A stretch of DNA of 64,000 nt from an uncultured Acidobacteriota bacterium (GCA_963776495.1 CAVZMW010000006.1:1263954-1327953), one strand, 5' to 3'. Positions 47,911 to 57,470 are shown, counted from the first letter of the stretch. A program made the numbers and translations. The notes: generated by a model from the sequence alone, not told the origin.

Positions 47911-49626
47911 TCAGTACTTCCGCTCCACCGGCTTCCACTGATCGATCACCACCGGCTTGTAGTCGAGCCGCGGGGCGCCGCCCGTATACCAGGCCAGCGT
48001 GTGCTTCAGCCACTTCTCGTCGTCGCGCGTCGGGAAGTCGCGCCGCGAGTGCGCGCCGCGCGACTCCTGGCGGGCGATGGCGCCGACGATGGTCACCTCG
48101 GCCAGGTCGAGCAGGTTCTCGAGCTCGATGGCGTGGAAGAGGTTCGAGTTGTAGAGCGCCCCCTTGTCGGCGACGGGGGCCTTCTTCGAACGCTCGCGAA
48201 CGTCGCGGATCACCTGCAGCCCCCGCTCGAGCTCGGGGCCGGTGCGGAAGACCCCCACCTCCCGGTCCATCGTCGCGCGGGCTTCGCGCTTGAGCGCGTA
48301 GATGTTCTCGGATCCCTGCCGCGCGAGCAGGTCCTTGACGCGCGCCTGCCGGTCCGCGACCAGGCGCTCGGGCACGGGGGCCGGCGCGCCGAGCTTCGGC
48401 AGCGCCTTGACGATCTCGGCTCCGGTGATGCCGCCCCAGACCAGGCACTCGCCGGTCGAGTTGGAGCCCAGGCGGTTGGCGCCGTGCAGCGACACCGCCG
48501 CGGCTTCGCCCGCCGCCCAGACGCCCGGGATGCGCGTGAGGCCGTCGATGTCGGTCTCGATCCCGCCCATCGAGTAGTGCGCCACCGGGCGGATGGGGAT
48601 CATCTGCGTGATCGGATCGACGCCGATGAACTTGATGCACACCTCGCGGATGAGCGGGAGGCGCGTGTTGATCCGCTCGGCGCCGAGGTGCGTGAGGTCC
48701 AGGTTGATGGTGGGGAGGCCGTCCGAGCCGACCAGACCGCGGCCCGCCTCGATCTCGGTCTGCTCGGCGCGCGACACCATGTCGCGGGGCGCCAGCTCCA
48801 GCTTGCTCGGCGCGTGGCGCTCCATGAACCGTTCGCCCGACGCGTTGCGCAGGTACCCGCCTTCGCCGCGGCACGCCTCGGTCATGAGGATGCCGTTCGG
48901 CACGAGGCCGGTCGGGTGGAACTGGAGGAACTCCATGTCCTCGAGCGGCAGGCCGGCCCGGTACGCCATCGCCATCCCGTCGCCCGTCACCGTCTCCGAG
49001 TAGGTCGTGAAGCCGTAGAGGGTGCCGCCGCCGCCGGTGGCGATGAGCAGGGCCTTGCCGCGAAGCACGACCGTCTCGCCGCTGGGCGCGTGGATGCCGA
49101 GCAGGCCGGCGAACCGTCCCCCTTCGACCAGCAGGTCGGTGACGAAGAACTCGTCGTACCGCGTGAAGCTCTTGTAGCGCACCAGCTGGTCGTACAGCGT
49201 CTGCATCTCGAAGAAGCCGGTCTTGTCGGCCGCCAGCGTCGCCCGCGGGAACGAGTGGCCGCCGAAGGGCCGCTGCGCGATCCGCCCGTGCTCGTCGCGC
49301 GTCCACGGGATGCCCCAGTGGTCGAGCCGCCGGATCTCGTCCGGGATCGTCTGCGCGAAGCGGCGAACGACATCTTGGTCGGCGAGGAAGTCGGACCCCT
49401 TCACGGTGTCCCACGCATGCAGGTCGACCGAGTCGCCTTCCTCGGTTCGCAGGGCAGCGGCGGTGCCGCCCTCGGCGCAGACCGAGTGCGCGCGCATCAA
49501 CTGCACCTTCGACACGATGCCGACATCCACGCGGCCATCCAGGCGGGAGCAAATCTCGACGGCCGCGCGCAGGCCGGCGAGTCCCGCGCCAAGAATGAGT
49601 ACGTCGTGGGTCAGGCTTTGAGCCAT
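47911..49626 (-). CDS. sdhA: succinate dehydrogenase/fumarate reductase flavoprotein subunit
   Basis: ATG 49626 after GGAGG. MAQSLTHDVLILGAGLAGLRAA (FAD GxGxxG). RAHSVCAEGG (covalent-FAD His region). HYSMGGI. Confidence 0.9.
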   Translation of the reverse strand: MAQSLTHDVLILGAGLAGLRAAVEICSRLDGRVDVGIVSKVQLMRAHSVCAEGGTAAALRTEEGDSVDLHAWDTVKGSDFLADQDVVRRFAQTIPDEIRRLDHWGIPWTRDEHGRIAQRPFGGHSFPRATLAADKTGFFEMQTLYDQLVRYKSFTRYDEFFVTDLLVEGGRFAGLLGIHAPSGETVVLRGKALLIATGGGGTLYGFTTYSETVTGDGMAMAYRAGLPLEDMEFLQFHPTGLVPNGILMTEACRGEGGYLRNASGERFMERHAPSKLELAPRDMVSRAEQTEIEAGRGLVGSDGLPTINLDLTHLGAERINTRLPLIREVCIKFIGVDPITQMIPIRPVAHYSMGGIETDIDGLTRIPGVWAAGEAAAVSLHGANRLGSNSTGECLVWGGITGAEIVKALPKLGAPAPVPERLVADRQARVKDLLARQGSENIYALKREARATMDREVGVFRTGPELERGLQVIRDVRERSKKAPVADKGALYNSNLFHAIELENLLDLAEVTIVGAIARQESRGAHSRRDFPTRDDEKWLKHTLAWYTGGAPRLDYKPVVIDQWKPVERKY

Positions 49627-49883
49627 CCAGACCTCCTTGCACGTCAAAAACGTGAAGTCCGCGCAACAGGGCGGAGTGGGAACGCGGGGATGAAATCCGC
49701 GGTTACGCTTTCGACAGGTAGCGCGCATCTTATCGCGCGGACGACGATGATGCAACCCGTTGTCGACGACACGTCTCGACAGTGTCGCGCGCGGCCGGTC
49801 GACGCGGCCACGAATTGCCCCAGGATGGTGCAAACTGAAGAATCGCGCCTCTGTGTTGCGGAAACTGCGGATCGTGCCCGGCT

Positions 49884-49916
49884 TTTCAACAGAGTTATCC
49901 ACAGATCCTGTTGAAA
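49884..49916. promoter_or_regulatory. 9-bp perfect inverted repeat enclosing a consensus DnaA box (TTATCCACA)
   Basis: tttcaacag (49884-49892) and ctgttgaaa (49908-49916) flank agTTATCCACAgatc (box at 49895-49903). This lies in the 467-bp sdhA/sucC divergent spacer. Confidence 0.45.
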
Positions 49917-50093
49917 GCGCGCGAGGCTCACACGGGGCTCTGACCTAACGACGTCTTTAGGCTCCATCAGGCGTGACGCGCGATCGCTCGGGGCTCACGT
50001 CGTGGCAAACGAGGTTGCGTCGATCCGTGTTGGGCGATAGCATGGCTGAACTTCCACCGTAAGCTGTTTCATTCTCACCGAGGGGCAAGACTT

Positions 50094-51258
50094 GTGAAGA
50101 TTCACGAATACCAGGCGAAGGCCATTCTCGCGAGACACGGCGTCCCCGTGCCTCGCGGTGAAGTGGCGCACACGCCGTCGGACGCCGGTGACATCGCCCG
50201 GCGGCTGGGCGGCACCGTCGTCGTCAAGGCGCAGATCCATGCCGGCGGCCGCGGCAAGGGCGGCGGGGTGAAGCTGGCCACGTCGGCCGTCGAGGCCGAG
50301 GCGCTGGCCACGCAGATGATCGGCATGCGTCTCACGACGCACCAGACCGGTCCCGAAGGGCGCATCGTCAAGCGCCTGCTCGTCGAGGAAGGCCTGCAGA
50401 TCGCGCGCGAGCTGTACCTCGGCCTCGTGATCGACCGCGCGGCCGAGCGCCCGGTGCTGATGGTCAGCCCGGCGGGCGGCATGGAGATCGAGAAGGTGGC
50501 GGCCGAGACGCCGCACCTGATCTTCAAGGCGCACATCGACCCGGCCACCGGGTTGCTGCCGTTCCAGGCGCGCGGGCTCGCGTTCAGCCTCGGGCTCGAG
50601 GGGGCGGCCGTCGCGAAGGCGGCGAAGGTGATGGCGCAGGTCTTCGAGGCCTTCATGGCGACCGACGCGTCGCTCATCGAGATCAACCCGCTCATCGTCA
50701 CCGCGTCCGGCGACCTGCTGGCGCTCGACGCGAAGATGAACTTCGACGACAACGCGCTGTTCCGGCACCCGGACATCAAGGACCTCCGCGACTTCGACGA
50801 AGAGGACCCGCTCGAGATCGAGGCCTCGAAGTACCTCGCTCAACTACATCCGCCTCGACGGCAACATCGGCTGCATGGTCAACGGCGCGGGCCTGGCCAT
50901 GGCCACCATGGACGTCATCAAGCTGGCGGGCGGCGAGCCGGCCAACTTCCTCGACGTCGGCGGCGGGGCGACGGCCGAGCAGATCAGGAACGCGGTCCGG
51001 ATCCTGACCTCCGACCGCAACGTGCGGGCGGTGTTCGTCAACATCTTCGGCGGCATCCTGCGCTGCGACATCCTGGCCGAGGGGCTGGTGGCGGCGGTCA
51101 AGGAACTGCACGTTTCCCTCCCGATCGTCATCCGGATGGAGGGGACCAACGTCGACACGGGCAAACGGATGCTGCGCGACAGCGGGCTGAACTTCACCAC
51201 GGCCGACGCGGTGGACGAGGCGGCCGCGGCCGTCGTTGCGCTTGCGGGAGGTCGCTAA
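50094..51258 (+). pseudogene. sucC: succinyl-CoA synthetase beta subunit, one frame interruption as assembled
   Basis: GTG 50094 gives [20 protein letters not shown]...[11 protein letters not shown]. It continues in the +1 frame as (S)[43 protein letters not shown]...ALAGGR*. The junction is GTACC 50831-50835. The shifted frame runs on into sucD, which produces the 677-aa track ORF. Confidence 0.85.
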
Positions 51259-52127
51259 TGGCAGTGCTACTCGACAAGTCCACACGGCTGCTCGTCCAGG
51301 GGCTCACCGGCCGCGAGGGGACGTTCCACGCGAAGGCGGCGGCTTCCTACGGCACGACCATCGTCGGCGGCGTGACCCCGGGCAAGGGGGGGACGACCCA
51401 CGAGGGCTGGCCGATCTTCAACACCGTGCAGGACGCGAAGGCCGCGACCGGCGCCAACGCGTCGCTCATCTTCGTGCCGCCGGCCGCGGGGGCCGACACG
51501 ATCATGGAAGCGGTGGACGCGGGGCTGCCGCTCGTCGTGTGCATCACCGAGGGGATCCCCACGCTCGACATGATGCGCGTGGTCACCTTCATGCGCGGCC
51601 GGCAGGTCAGGCTCATCGGGCCGAACTGCCCGGGCCTCATCTCGCCCGGCAAGGCGAAGGCCGGCATCATCCCGGGCCACATCTGTCGCGAGGGCCGCGT
51701 CGGGATCGTGTCGCGCAGCGGGACGCTGACCTACGAGGCGATCCAGCAGACGACGCAGCTCGGCTACGGCCAGACGACGTGCATCGGGATCGGGGGCGAC
51801 CCGATCATCGGGACCACCTTCGTCGACGCGCTCGGGCTCTTCAACGCCGACCCGGAGACCGAGGCGGTCGTCATGATCGGCGAGATCGGCGGCACGGCCG
51901 AGGAGGAGGCCGCCGACTTCATCCGGCGCGAGTTCACCAAGCCGGTCGTCAGCTTCATCGCCGGGCAGACGGCTCCGCCGGGACGCCGGATGGGCCACGC
52001 GGGCGCGATCATCGCCGGCGGAAAGGGGACGGCCGCCGAGAAGATGGCGGCGCTGACCGCGGCGGGCGTGCATGTCGTGAAGAGCCCGGCCGAGATCGGC
52101 GCGGCGGTCAAGTTGGTGTTGAAGTAG
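51258..52127 (+). CDS. sucD: succinyl-CoA synthetase alpha subunit
   Basis: The ATG overlaps the sucC TAA (TAATG). [24 protein letters not shown]...GHAGAII. Confidence 0.9.
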   Translation: MAVLLDKSTRLLVQGLTGREGTFHAKAAASYGTTIVGGVTPGKGGTTHEGWPIFNTVQDAKAATGANASLIFVPPAAGADTIMEAVDAGLPLVVCITEGIPTLDMMRVVTFMRGRQVRLIGPNCPGLISPGKAKAGIIPGHICREGRVGIVSRSGTLTYEAIQQTTQLGYGQTTCIGIGGDPIIGTTFVDALGLFNADPETEAVVMIGEIGGTAEEEAADFIRREFTKPVVSFIAGQTAPPGRRMGHAGAIIAGGKGTAAEKMAALTAAGVHVVKSPAEIGAAVKLVLK

Positions 52128-52135
52128 TCCGGGTC

Positions 52136-52193
52136 GTGGCCAGTGGTCAGTGGCTAGTGCGTCACGCGTGATCGTCCAGCCACTAGCCACTAG
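52136..52193. repeat. heptamer-phased hairpin element after sucD, right arm interrupted by the IS
   Basis: gtggcca gtggtca gtggcta gtgcgtc acgcgtg atcgtcc agccact agccact ag|IS|ccact. The apex is gtcacgcgtgatcg (52161-52174). Confidence 0.7.
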
Positions 52194-54287
52194 CCTGGAT
52201 TTCCACGGACCACCATTTGCCTAATCGGGGCCCGACTGGTCGGGCCTGTATGCCTGCGTGAGCCGCTGATTCCGCCGCCGGAGCCGTCGCGGCGGTTCTC
52301 GGTGCCGCGTTGGTGCTTACCGTAATGGTCGTCTGATAGAAACAGTCTCACGGCAATACACAGCATACGGGTCCGCATGCTCCCGAGCCAGCGAGTGCGC
52401 AAGAGCCGCCTCTGGCAAGGGATCCGACGCCACACGCCGTGGTGTACGGAGGCCTGGCTTGACGCCAGAGGCGGTAGGTGATACCGTTGCATCGTGCAGA
52501 ACGGAGCACCTAAAGACATAAGCGCCGTTCGCCGGTTCTTCCTCGACCCGCAGTCGCCGAAGCAGCGCCAGTACGAGGCGCTGCGCGCCTACTTCGTGGA
52601 GGGGCGGGCCTCCCAGGAGGCCGCCCGCGCCTTCGGCTACTCGGTGTCCGCGTTCCACGTCTTGTGTCACCACTTCCGTCGCCAGGTGGACCCCGTCTTC
52701 TTTGTCACGCCACGACACGGCCCGCGATCGCAGCCGAAGAAGTCGGCCGCGCGGGATCTGATCGTCGATCTGCGCAAGCGGAATTACTCCGTCTACGAGA
52801 TCAGCGAGCACCTCAAGGCGCAGCAGCAGCCGCTGAGCCCGACGGCCGTCCGCGAGGTCCTGAAGGCCGAGGGGTTTGCCGCGCTGCCCCGGCGCTTGGA
52901 CGACGAGCGCCCGGCGCGGCCGCGGCCCACGGTGGAGCCGGTCGCCGATGTCCGGGGCTTCTCGCTCGCCCCGCGCCGGTTTACGACGGCCTGCGGGGGC
53001 CTCTTCCTCTTTGTGCCGGACTTGGTCCGGCTCAATCTCGACGGCGCCATCCAGGACGCCCGGCTGCCAGGCTCGAAGATGATCCCGGCCGGCCATGCCG
53101 CGCGAGCGTCGCTGGCCTTGAAGCTCTGGTCCATCGAACGCAAGAGCCACGTGATGGCCTTACTGGCCGACGACGGGTTTGGGCTGTTTGCCGGCCTCAA
53201 CGTCTTTCCGAAGAAGAGCTTTCTCTCCGAGTACTCGAGTCGCATCGATCACCTGAGGACCATGCGCCTGCTGGCCGCCTGGCATGCCCACGTCCGCGGC
53301 GAGTCGATCTTTCCCGGGCAGTCCTTCAATCTGGATTTTCATTCGGTGCCCTACTACGGAGAGCATCCGACCGTCCAGAAGCACTTCGTCTCCATGCGCA
53401 GCCGGCGCCAGCCGAGCGTGCTCGTCTTCCTCGCCCAGGATGCCGACACCCACGCGTTCTGCTATGCGAATGCCGATCTCCGGAAGGGCGACGAGCCCGA
53501 TGAGGTCTTCCGCTTCATCGACTTCTGGAAGCGCACGCACGGCACCTTGCCGCCGCACCTGGTCTTCGATTCGAAGCTCACGACCCATCGCGGGCTGGCG
53601 CGGATTGATGATCTGCAGATCGACTTCATCACGCTCCGACGCCGCTCGTCCACGCTCCTCAAGGAGATCGTGCTGCTGCCCCGGTCGGCCTGGCGCACGG
53701 TGGAATTGGACGTGCCGACCCGCAAGTACCGCACACCGCGGTACGTCGAGCAGGCCGTCACGCTGGCCGGGCGGCGCTTCCGCCAGCTCTATGTGCAGGA
53801 CCTCGGCCACGAGGACCCCACGATTCTGCTGACCAACGAATCCCGGACCTCGCCGAAGGCCCTCATCACGCGCTACGCGCAGCGCATGCTCATCGAGAAC
53901 GCGCTCTCCGATGCCGTCCGCTTCTTCCACATGGACGCCTTGTCCTCCGCGGTCGGCTTGAAGGTCGACTTCGACATGACGCTGCTCGTCGTCGCCAGCG
54001 GCCTCTACCGCCTGCTCGCGGGACGCATGCGCGGGTACCACGATGCCCAGGCCCGCCAGATCTTTCGCGACCTCGTCGCCATGCCGGCGACGGTCACAAT
54101 CACGAACGACGACGTGGAGGTCAGCTTCCACCGACGCTCACACCTGCCGATCGTCATGGCTTCGGGGCTCATGGACCACCCGGTCGCTGTCCCCTGGTGG
54201 GGTGGGCGCCGACTCCGGCTCACGACGTACAATGGCCCGACCGAGACGGCGTCGTCTTAGGCAAATTCTCGTCCGTGGAAATCCAGG
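52194..54287 (+). mobile_element. insertion sequence, 2094 bp, 31-bp imperfect terminal inverted repeats, CTAG target-site duplication
   Basis: The left end is cctggatttccacggacCACCatttgcctaa. The reverse complement of the right end is cctggatttccacggacGAGAatttgcctaa (27/31 identical). It is flanked by ctag at 52190-52193 and 54288-54291. It contains a single transposase ORF. Confidence 0.85.
52494..54260 (+). CDS. DDE-type transposase (588 aa), family not assigned
   Basis: It fills the element. N-terminal HTH-like region (QRQYEALRAYFVEGRASQEAARAFGYSVSAFH). A YAQRMLIENALSD segment resembles the IS4-type Y-x2-R-x3-E signature. The TAG stop lies inside the right inverted repeat. Confidence 0.7.
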   Translation: MQNGAPKDISAVRRFFLDPQSPKQRQYEALRAYFVEGRASQEAARAFGYSVSAFHVLCHHFRRQVDPVFFVTPRHGPRSQPKKSAARDLIVDLRKRNYSVYEISEHLKAQQQPLSPTAVREVLKAEGFAALPRRLDDERPARPRPTVEPVADVRGFSLAPRRFTTACGGLFLFVPDLVRLNLDGAIQDARLPGSKMIPAGHAARASLALKLWSIERKSHVMALLADDGFGLFAGLNVFPKKSFLSEYSSRIDHLRTMRLLAAWHAHVRGESIFPGQSFNLDFHSVPYYGEHPTVQKHFVSMRSRRQPSVLVFLAQDADTHAFCYANADLRKGDEPDEVFRFIDFWKRTHGTLPPHLVFDSKLTTHRGLARIDDLQIDFITLRRRSSTLLKEIVLLPRSAWRTVELDVPTRKYRTPRYVEQAVTLAGRRFRQLYVQDLGHEDPTILLTNESRTSPKALITRYAQRMLIENALSDAVRFFHMDALSSAVGLKVDFDMTLLVVASGLYRLLAGRMRGYHDAQARQIFRDLVAMPATVTITNDDVEVSFHRRSHLPIVMASGLMDHPVAVPWWGGRRLRLTTYNGPTETASS

Positions 54288-54433
54288 CTAGCCACTCTCT
54301 CCCGACGTTCCCACCTGCCGGCTGCGCCAGCCCGGGCGCAGCACACCGAATGCTATACTGGAGTCGTTTCCTCGTTTAATCTGCCGGCGCGCCGGTCGAG
54401 GCGCCCGGCGCCCTCGACATCCGGGGAGCACGC

Positions 54434-56287
54434 ATGACGCTGGCAGAACTCCCACGCCGTACGGCCTCGGGACCAGCGGCCGGGCCGGTCGTCAACGATT
54501 TCAGCATCGAGGTGGCGACCGTCAACGGCTCCGGCAGCCAGACGGCCAACCTGGTGCTGCTCAGGTCCCTGTTCCAGTCGGGCGTGCCGGTGTCGGGGAA
54601 GAACCTGTTCCCGTCGAACATCGCGGGTCTGCCGACCTGGTTCACCATCCGCGCGAGCCGGCGCGGCTACATCGGGCGCAAGAAGCGCACCGACATCCTG
54701 GTCGCGATGAATCCCGAGACGGCGCGCGAGGACGTGCTCGGCCTCGAGCCCGGCGCGGTCGCGCTCTACGACGAGCCGCTGCGGCTGGCCGCCCTCCGCG
54801 ACGACCTGACGTTCTACCCGGTGCCGTTCGACAAGCTGGTGGCCCCGATCTGTCCCGACGCCAAGCTGCGCAAGCTGGTGCGGAACATGATTTACGACGG
54901 CGTGCTCTCGCGCCTGCTCGGCATCGATCTCGCCGAGATGGAGCGGGCGCTCGCCAAGCAGTTCGGGAGGAAGCCCAAGGCGCTGGCCCTCAACCAGGCG
55001 GCCCTCGAGGCGGGGTTCGAGTTCGCCGGCGCGAACCTCGAGAAGCGGGACGGGTTCCTCGCCGAACCGATGGCGGCCACGCCGGGGCGCATTCTCGTCG
55101 ACGGCAACGCGGCGGCGGCCATCGGCGCCATGATGGCCGGCGTGACCGTGGTGACCTGGTACCCGATCACGCCGTCCTCCTCGTTGTGCGAGACGCTGAC
55201 CGGCTACCTGCGGAAGTACCGCATGGACCCGGCGACCGGCAAGGCCACCTTCGCGGTCGTGCAGGCGGAGGACGAGCTGAGCGCCCTCGGCATGGCGCTC
55301 GGCGCCGGCTGGATGGGCGCCCGGTCGATGACGGCAACCTCCGGCCCGGGCATCTCCCTGATGGCGGAGTTCGCCGGCCTCGGCTACTACGCCGAGCTCC
55401 CGGCGGTCGTCTTCGACATCCAGCGCGCCGGGCCGTCCACCGGCCTGCCGACGCGGACGGCGCAGGGCGATATCCTGTCGACCGCGTTCCTCTCGCACGG
55501 CGACACGCGCCACCCGATGCTCCTGCCCTCGTCGCCGCGCGAGGCCTACGAGATGGCGATCGCGGCATTCGACCTGGCCGAGCGGCTGCAGACGCCGGTG
55601 TTCGTGATGAGCGACCTCGACCTGGGCATGAACACGTGGATGTCGGACCCGTTTCCGTATCCCGAGACGCCGGTCGACCGGGGCAAGCGCCTGACGCCCG
55701 AGAAGCTGAGTGAGCTGGGCGACTGGGGACGCTACCGCGACGTGGACGGCGACGGCATCCCGTACCGCACGGTCGCGGGCGACGGGCTGCCGCCCTACTT
55801 CTGCCGCGGGTCGGGCCACAACGACCGCGCGCAGTACAGCGAGCGGCCGGCCGACTACACCGCCAACCTCGACCGGATCGACCGGAAGTTCACGCAGGCG
55901 CGCGCCCTAGTGCCGCCGCCGGTCGTCGAACGGGTCGAGGGCGCGCGCGTCGGCGTCATCGGGTACGGGACCAGCCACTGGGCCATCGTGGAGTGCCGGG
56001 ACCAGCTGCGCGACGAGGCAGGCCTGGAGACCTCGTACCTCCGGCTGCGCGCGTTCCCGTTCGACGCCCGGCTCGAAGCCTTCATCGCGGCGCACGACCG
56101 GGTCTACATCGTCGAACAGAACCGGGATGGGCAGATGGGATCGCTCGTCATGCTGGACGTCGGGGCCGCGCTCTCGCCGAAGCTGCGCCACGTGCTGCAC
56201 TACGACGGCCTGCCGATCGACGCGAGGTCGATCGCCGACGAGATCCTGAGACAGGAAGCCGCGACGGCGGCGGAGGTGCGGCGATGA
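54434..56287 (+). CDS. korA: 2-oxoglutarate/2-oxoacid:ferredoxin oxidoreductase alpha subunit
   Basis: 617 aa: VNDFSIEVATVNGSGSQTANLVLLRSLFQSGVPVSGKNLFPSNIAGLPTW... and YPITPSS. Confidence 0.8.
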   Translation: MTLAELPRRTASGPAAGPVVNDFSIEVATVNGSGSQTANLVLLRSLFQSGVPVSGKNLFPSNIAGLPTWFTIRASRRGYIGRKKRTDILVAMNPETAREDVLGLEPGAVALYDEPLRLAALRDDLTFYPVPFDKLVAPICPDAKLRKLVRNMIYDGVLSRLLGIDLAEMERALAKQFGRKPKALALNQAALEAGFEFAGANLEKRDGFLAEPMAATPGRILVDGNAAAAIGAMMAGVTVVTWYPITPSSSLCETLTGYLRKYRMDPATGKATFAVVQAEDELSALGMALGAGWMGARSMTATSGPGISLMAEFAGLGYYAELPAVVFDIQRAGPSTGLPTRTAQGDILSTAFLSHGDTRHPMLLPSSPREAYEMAIAAFDLAERLQTPVFVMSDLDLGMNTWMSDPFPYPETPVDRGKRLTPEKLSELGDWGRYRDVDGDGIPYRTVAGDGLPPYFCRGSGHNDRAQYSERPADYTANLDRIDRKFTQARALVPPPVVERVEGARVGVIGYGTSHWAIVECRDQLRDEAGLETSYLRLRAFPFDARLEAFIAAHDRVYIVEQNRDGQMGSLVMLDVGAALSPKLRHVLHYDGLPIDARSIADEILRQEAATAAEVRR

Positions 56288-57336
56288 CCGCGACGGCAGG
56301 TCCCGCCCCGGCCGCCGGCCGGAAGGTGAACCGGATCGGTCTCGAGATGGCCGCCTACCGCGGCGGCAAGAGCACGCTGTGCGCCGGCTGCGGGCACAAC
56401 GCCATCTCGGAGCGCATCATCGAGGCCTTCTACGAGATGGGCGTCGAGAGCGGCCGGGTGATCAAGCTGTCGGGGATCGGCTGCTCGAGCAAGAGCCCGG
56501 CGTACTTCCTCGGCCAGGCGCACGGGATCAACTCCGTCCACGGGCGGATGCCGTCGGTGGCGACCGGGGCGATGCTGGCCAACCGGACCATGCGGGCCAT
56601 CGGCGTCAGCGGCGACGGCGACACCGGGGCGATCGGCATCGGCCAGTTCGTCCACCTGATGCGCCGCAACGTGCCGATGATCTACATCGTCGAGAACAAC
56701 GGCTGCTACGGGCTCACCAAGGGGCAGCTGTCGCCGACGGCCGACGTCGGCTCCACGCTCAAGAACGGGGTGGTGAACGACCTGCCGCCCATCGACCTGT
56801 GCGGGCTGGCGTTGGACCTCGGCGCCAGCTTCGTCGCCCGGTCGTTCTCGGGCGACAAGAAGCAGATGCTGTCGCTGCTCAAGGCCGCGATCTCGCACCA
56901 GGGCACGGCTATGCTCGACGTCATCTCGCCGTGCGTGACCTTCAACGACCACGAGGGCTCGACCAAGAGCTACTCGTATGTGAAGGACCACGACGAGCCG
57001 CTCGAGGAGATCAGCTTCGTCCCCTTCTTCGAGGACATCTCGGTCGACTACGAGCCGGGGACCGTGCAGGAGGTCGCCCTTCACGACGGGTCGAAGGTGC
57101 TGCTCAAGAAGCTCGCCGGCGACTACGACCCGACCAACAAGGCGATGGCGCGGCGGGTGATCGCCGAGTCGGCCGCGCGAGGCGAGTTCGCGACCGGCCT
57201 CATCTACGTCGAGCCGAACCGGCCGGACTTCCTCATACTGCTCAACCTCGTGGACCAGCCGCTGGCGGAGCTGCCATCCGACCGGGTGCGCCCGTCGCGC
57301 GAGGCGCTCGACGCCATCAACCGGGCGTTAGCGTAA
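56284..57336 (+). CDS. korB: 2-oxoglutarate/2-oxoacid:ferredoxin oxidoreductase beta subunit (TPP-binding)
   Basis: The ATG overlaps the korA TGA. CAGCGHNAI and GVSGDGDTGAIGIGQFVHLMRRNVPMIYIVENNGCYGLTKGQ (TPP motif). Confidence 0.8.
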   Translation: MTATAGPAPAAGRKVNRIGLEMAAYRGGKSTLCAGCGHNAISERIIEAFYEMGVESGRVIKLSGIGCSSKSPAYFLGQAHGINSVHGRMPSVATGAMLANRTMRAIGVSGDGDTGAIGIGQFVHLMRRNVPMIYIVENNGCYGLTKGQLSPTADVGSTLKNGVVNDLPPIDLCGLALDLGASFVARSFSGDKKQMLSLLKAAISHQGTAMLDVISPCVTFNDHEGSTKSYSYVKDHDEPLEEISFVPFFEDISVDYEPGTVQEVALHDGSKVLLKKLAGDYDPTNKAMARRVIAESAARGEFATGLIYVEPNRPDFLILLNLVDQPLAELPSDRVRPSREALDAINRALA

Positions 57337-57340
57337 TCCG

Positions 57341-57418
57341 TGGTGGCCGGTTGCCAGTGGCCAGTGGGCAGTCTGTCACGTGTGATCGACTGGCAACTGA
57401 CAACTGGCTATTGCCGGG
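57341..57418. repeat. heptamer-phased hairpin element after korB
   Basis: ccagtgg ccagtgg gcagtct gtcacgt gtgatcg actggca actgaca actggct attgccg. The arms pair at 16 of 20 positions. The apex is gtcacgtgtgatcg (57375-57388). Confidence 0.7.
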
Positions 57419-57470
57419 TGAATCGTCGGCTCCGGCGCGGCAGCCGGGCTGGTGTACAATCGAAGGCTCC

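Noticed and set aside
49627-50093. Replication origin (oriC), suggested by the consensus DnaA box and lower GC
   Set aside because: There is only one good box. I see no cluster of boxes and no obvious AT-rich unwinding repeats. Neither dnaA, dnaN nor gidA is nearby.
50094-52127. 677-aa ORF as a natural SucC-SucD fusion protein
   Set aside because: The middle ~130 residues are Arg/Gly-rich nonsense, while the correct SucC C-terminus is encoded in the +1 frame (ORF 50875..51258). The break is a single extra base at GTACC.
52190-52519. 109-aa minus-strand ORF inside the left end of the IS
   Set aside because: It overlaps the terminal inverted repeat and the transposase start region, and has no recognisable features. 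It is more likely the transposase promoter/leader region.
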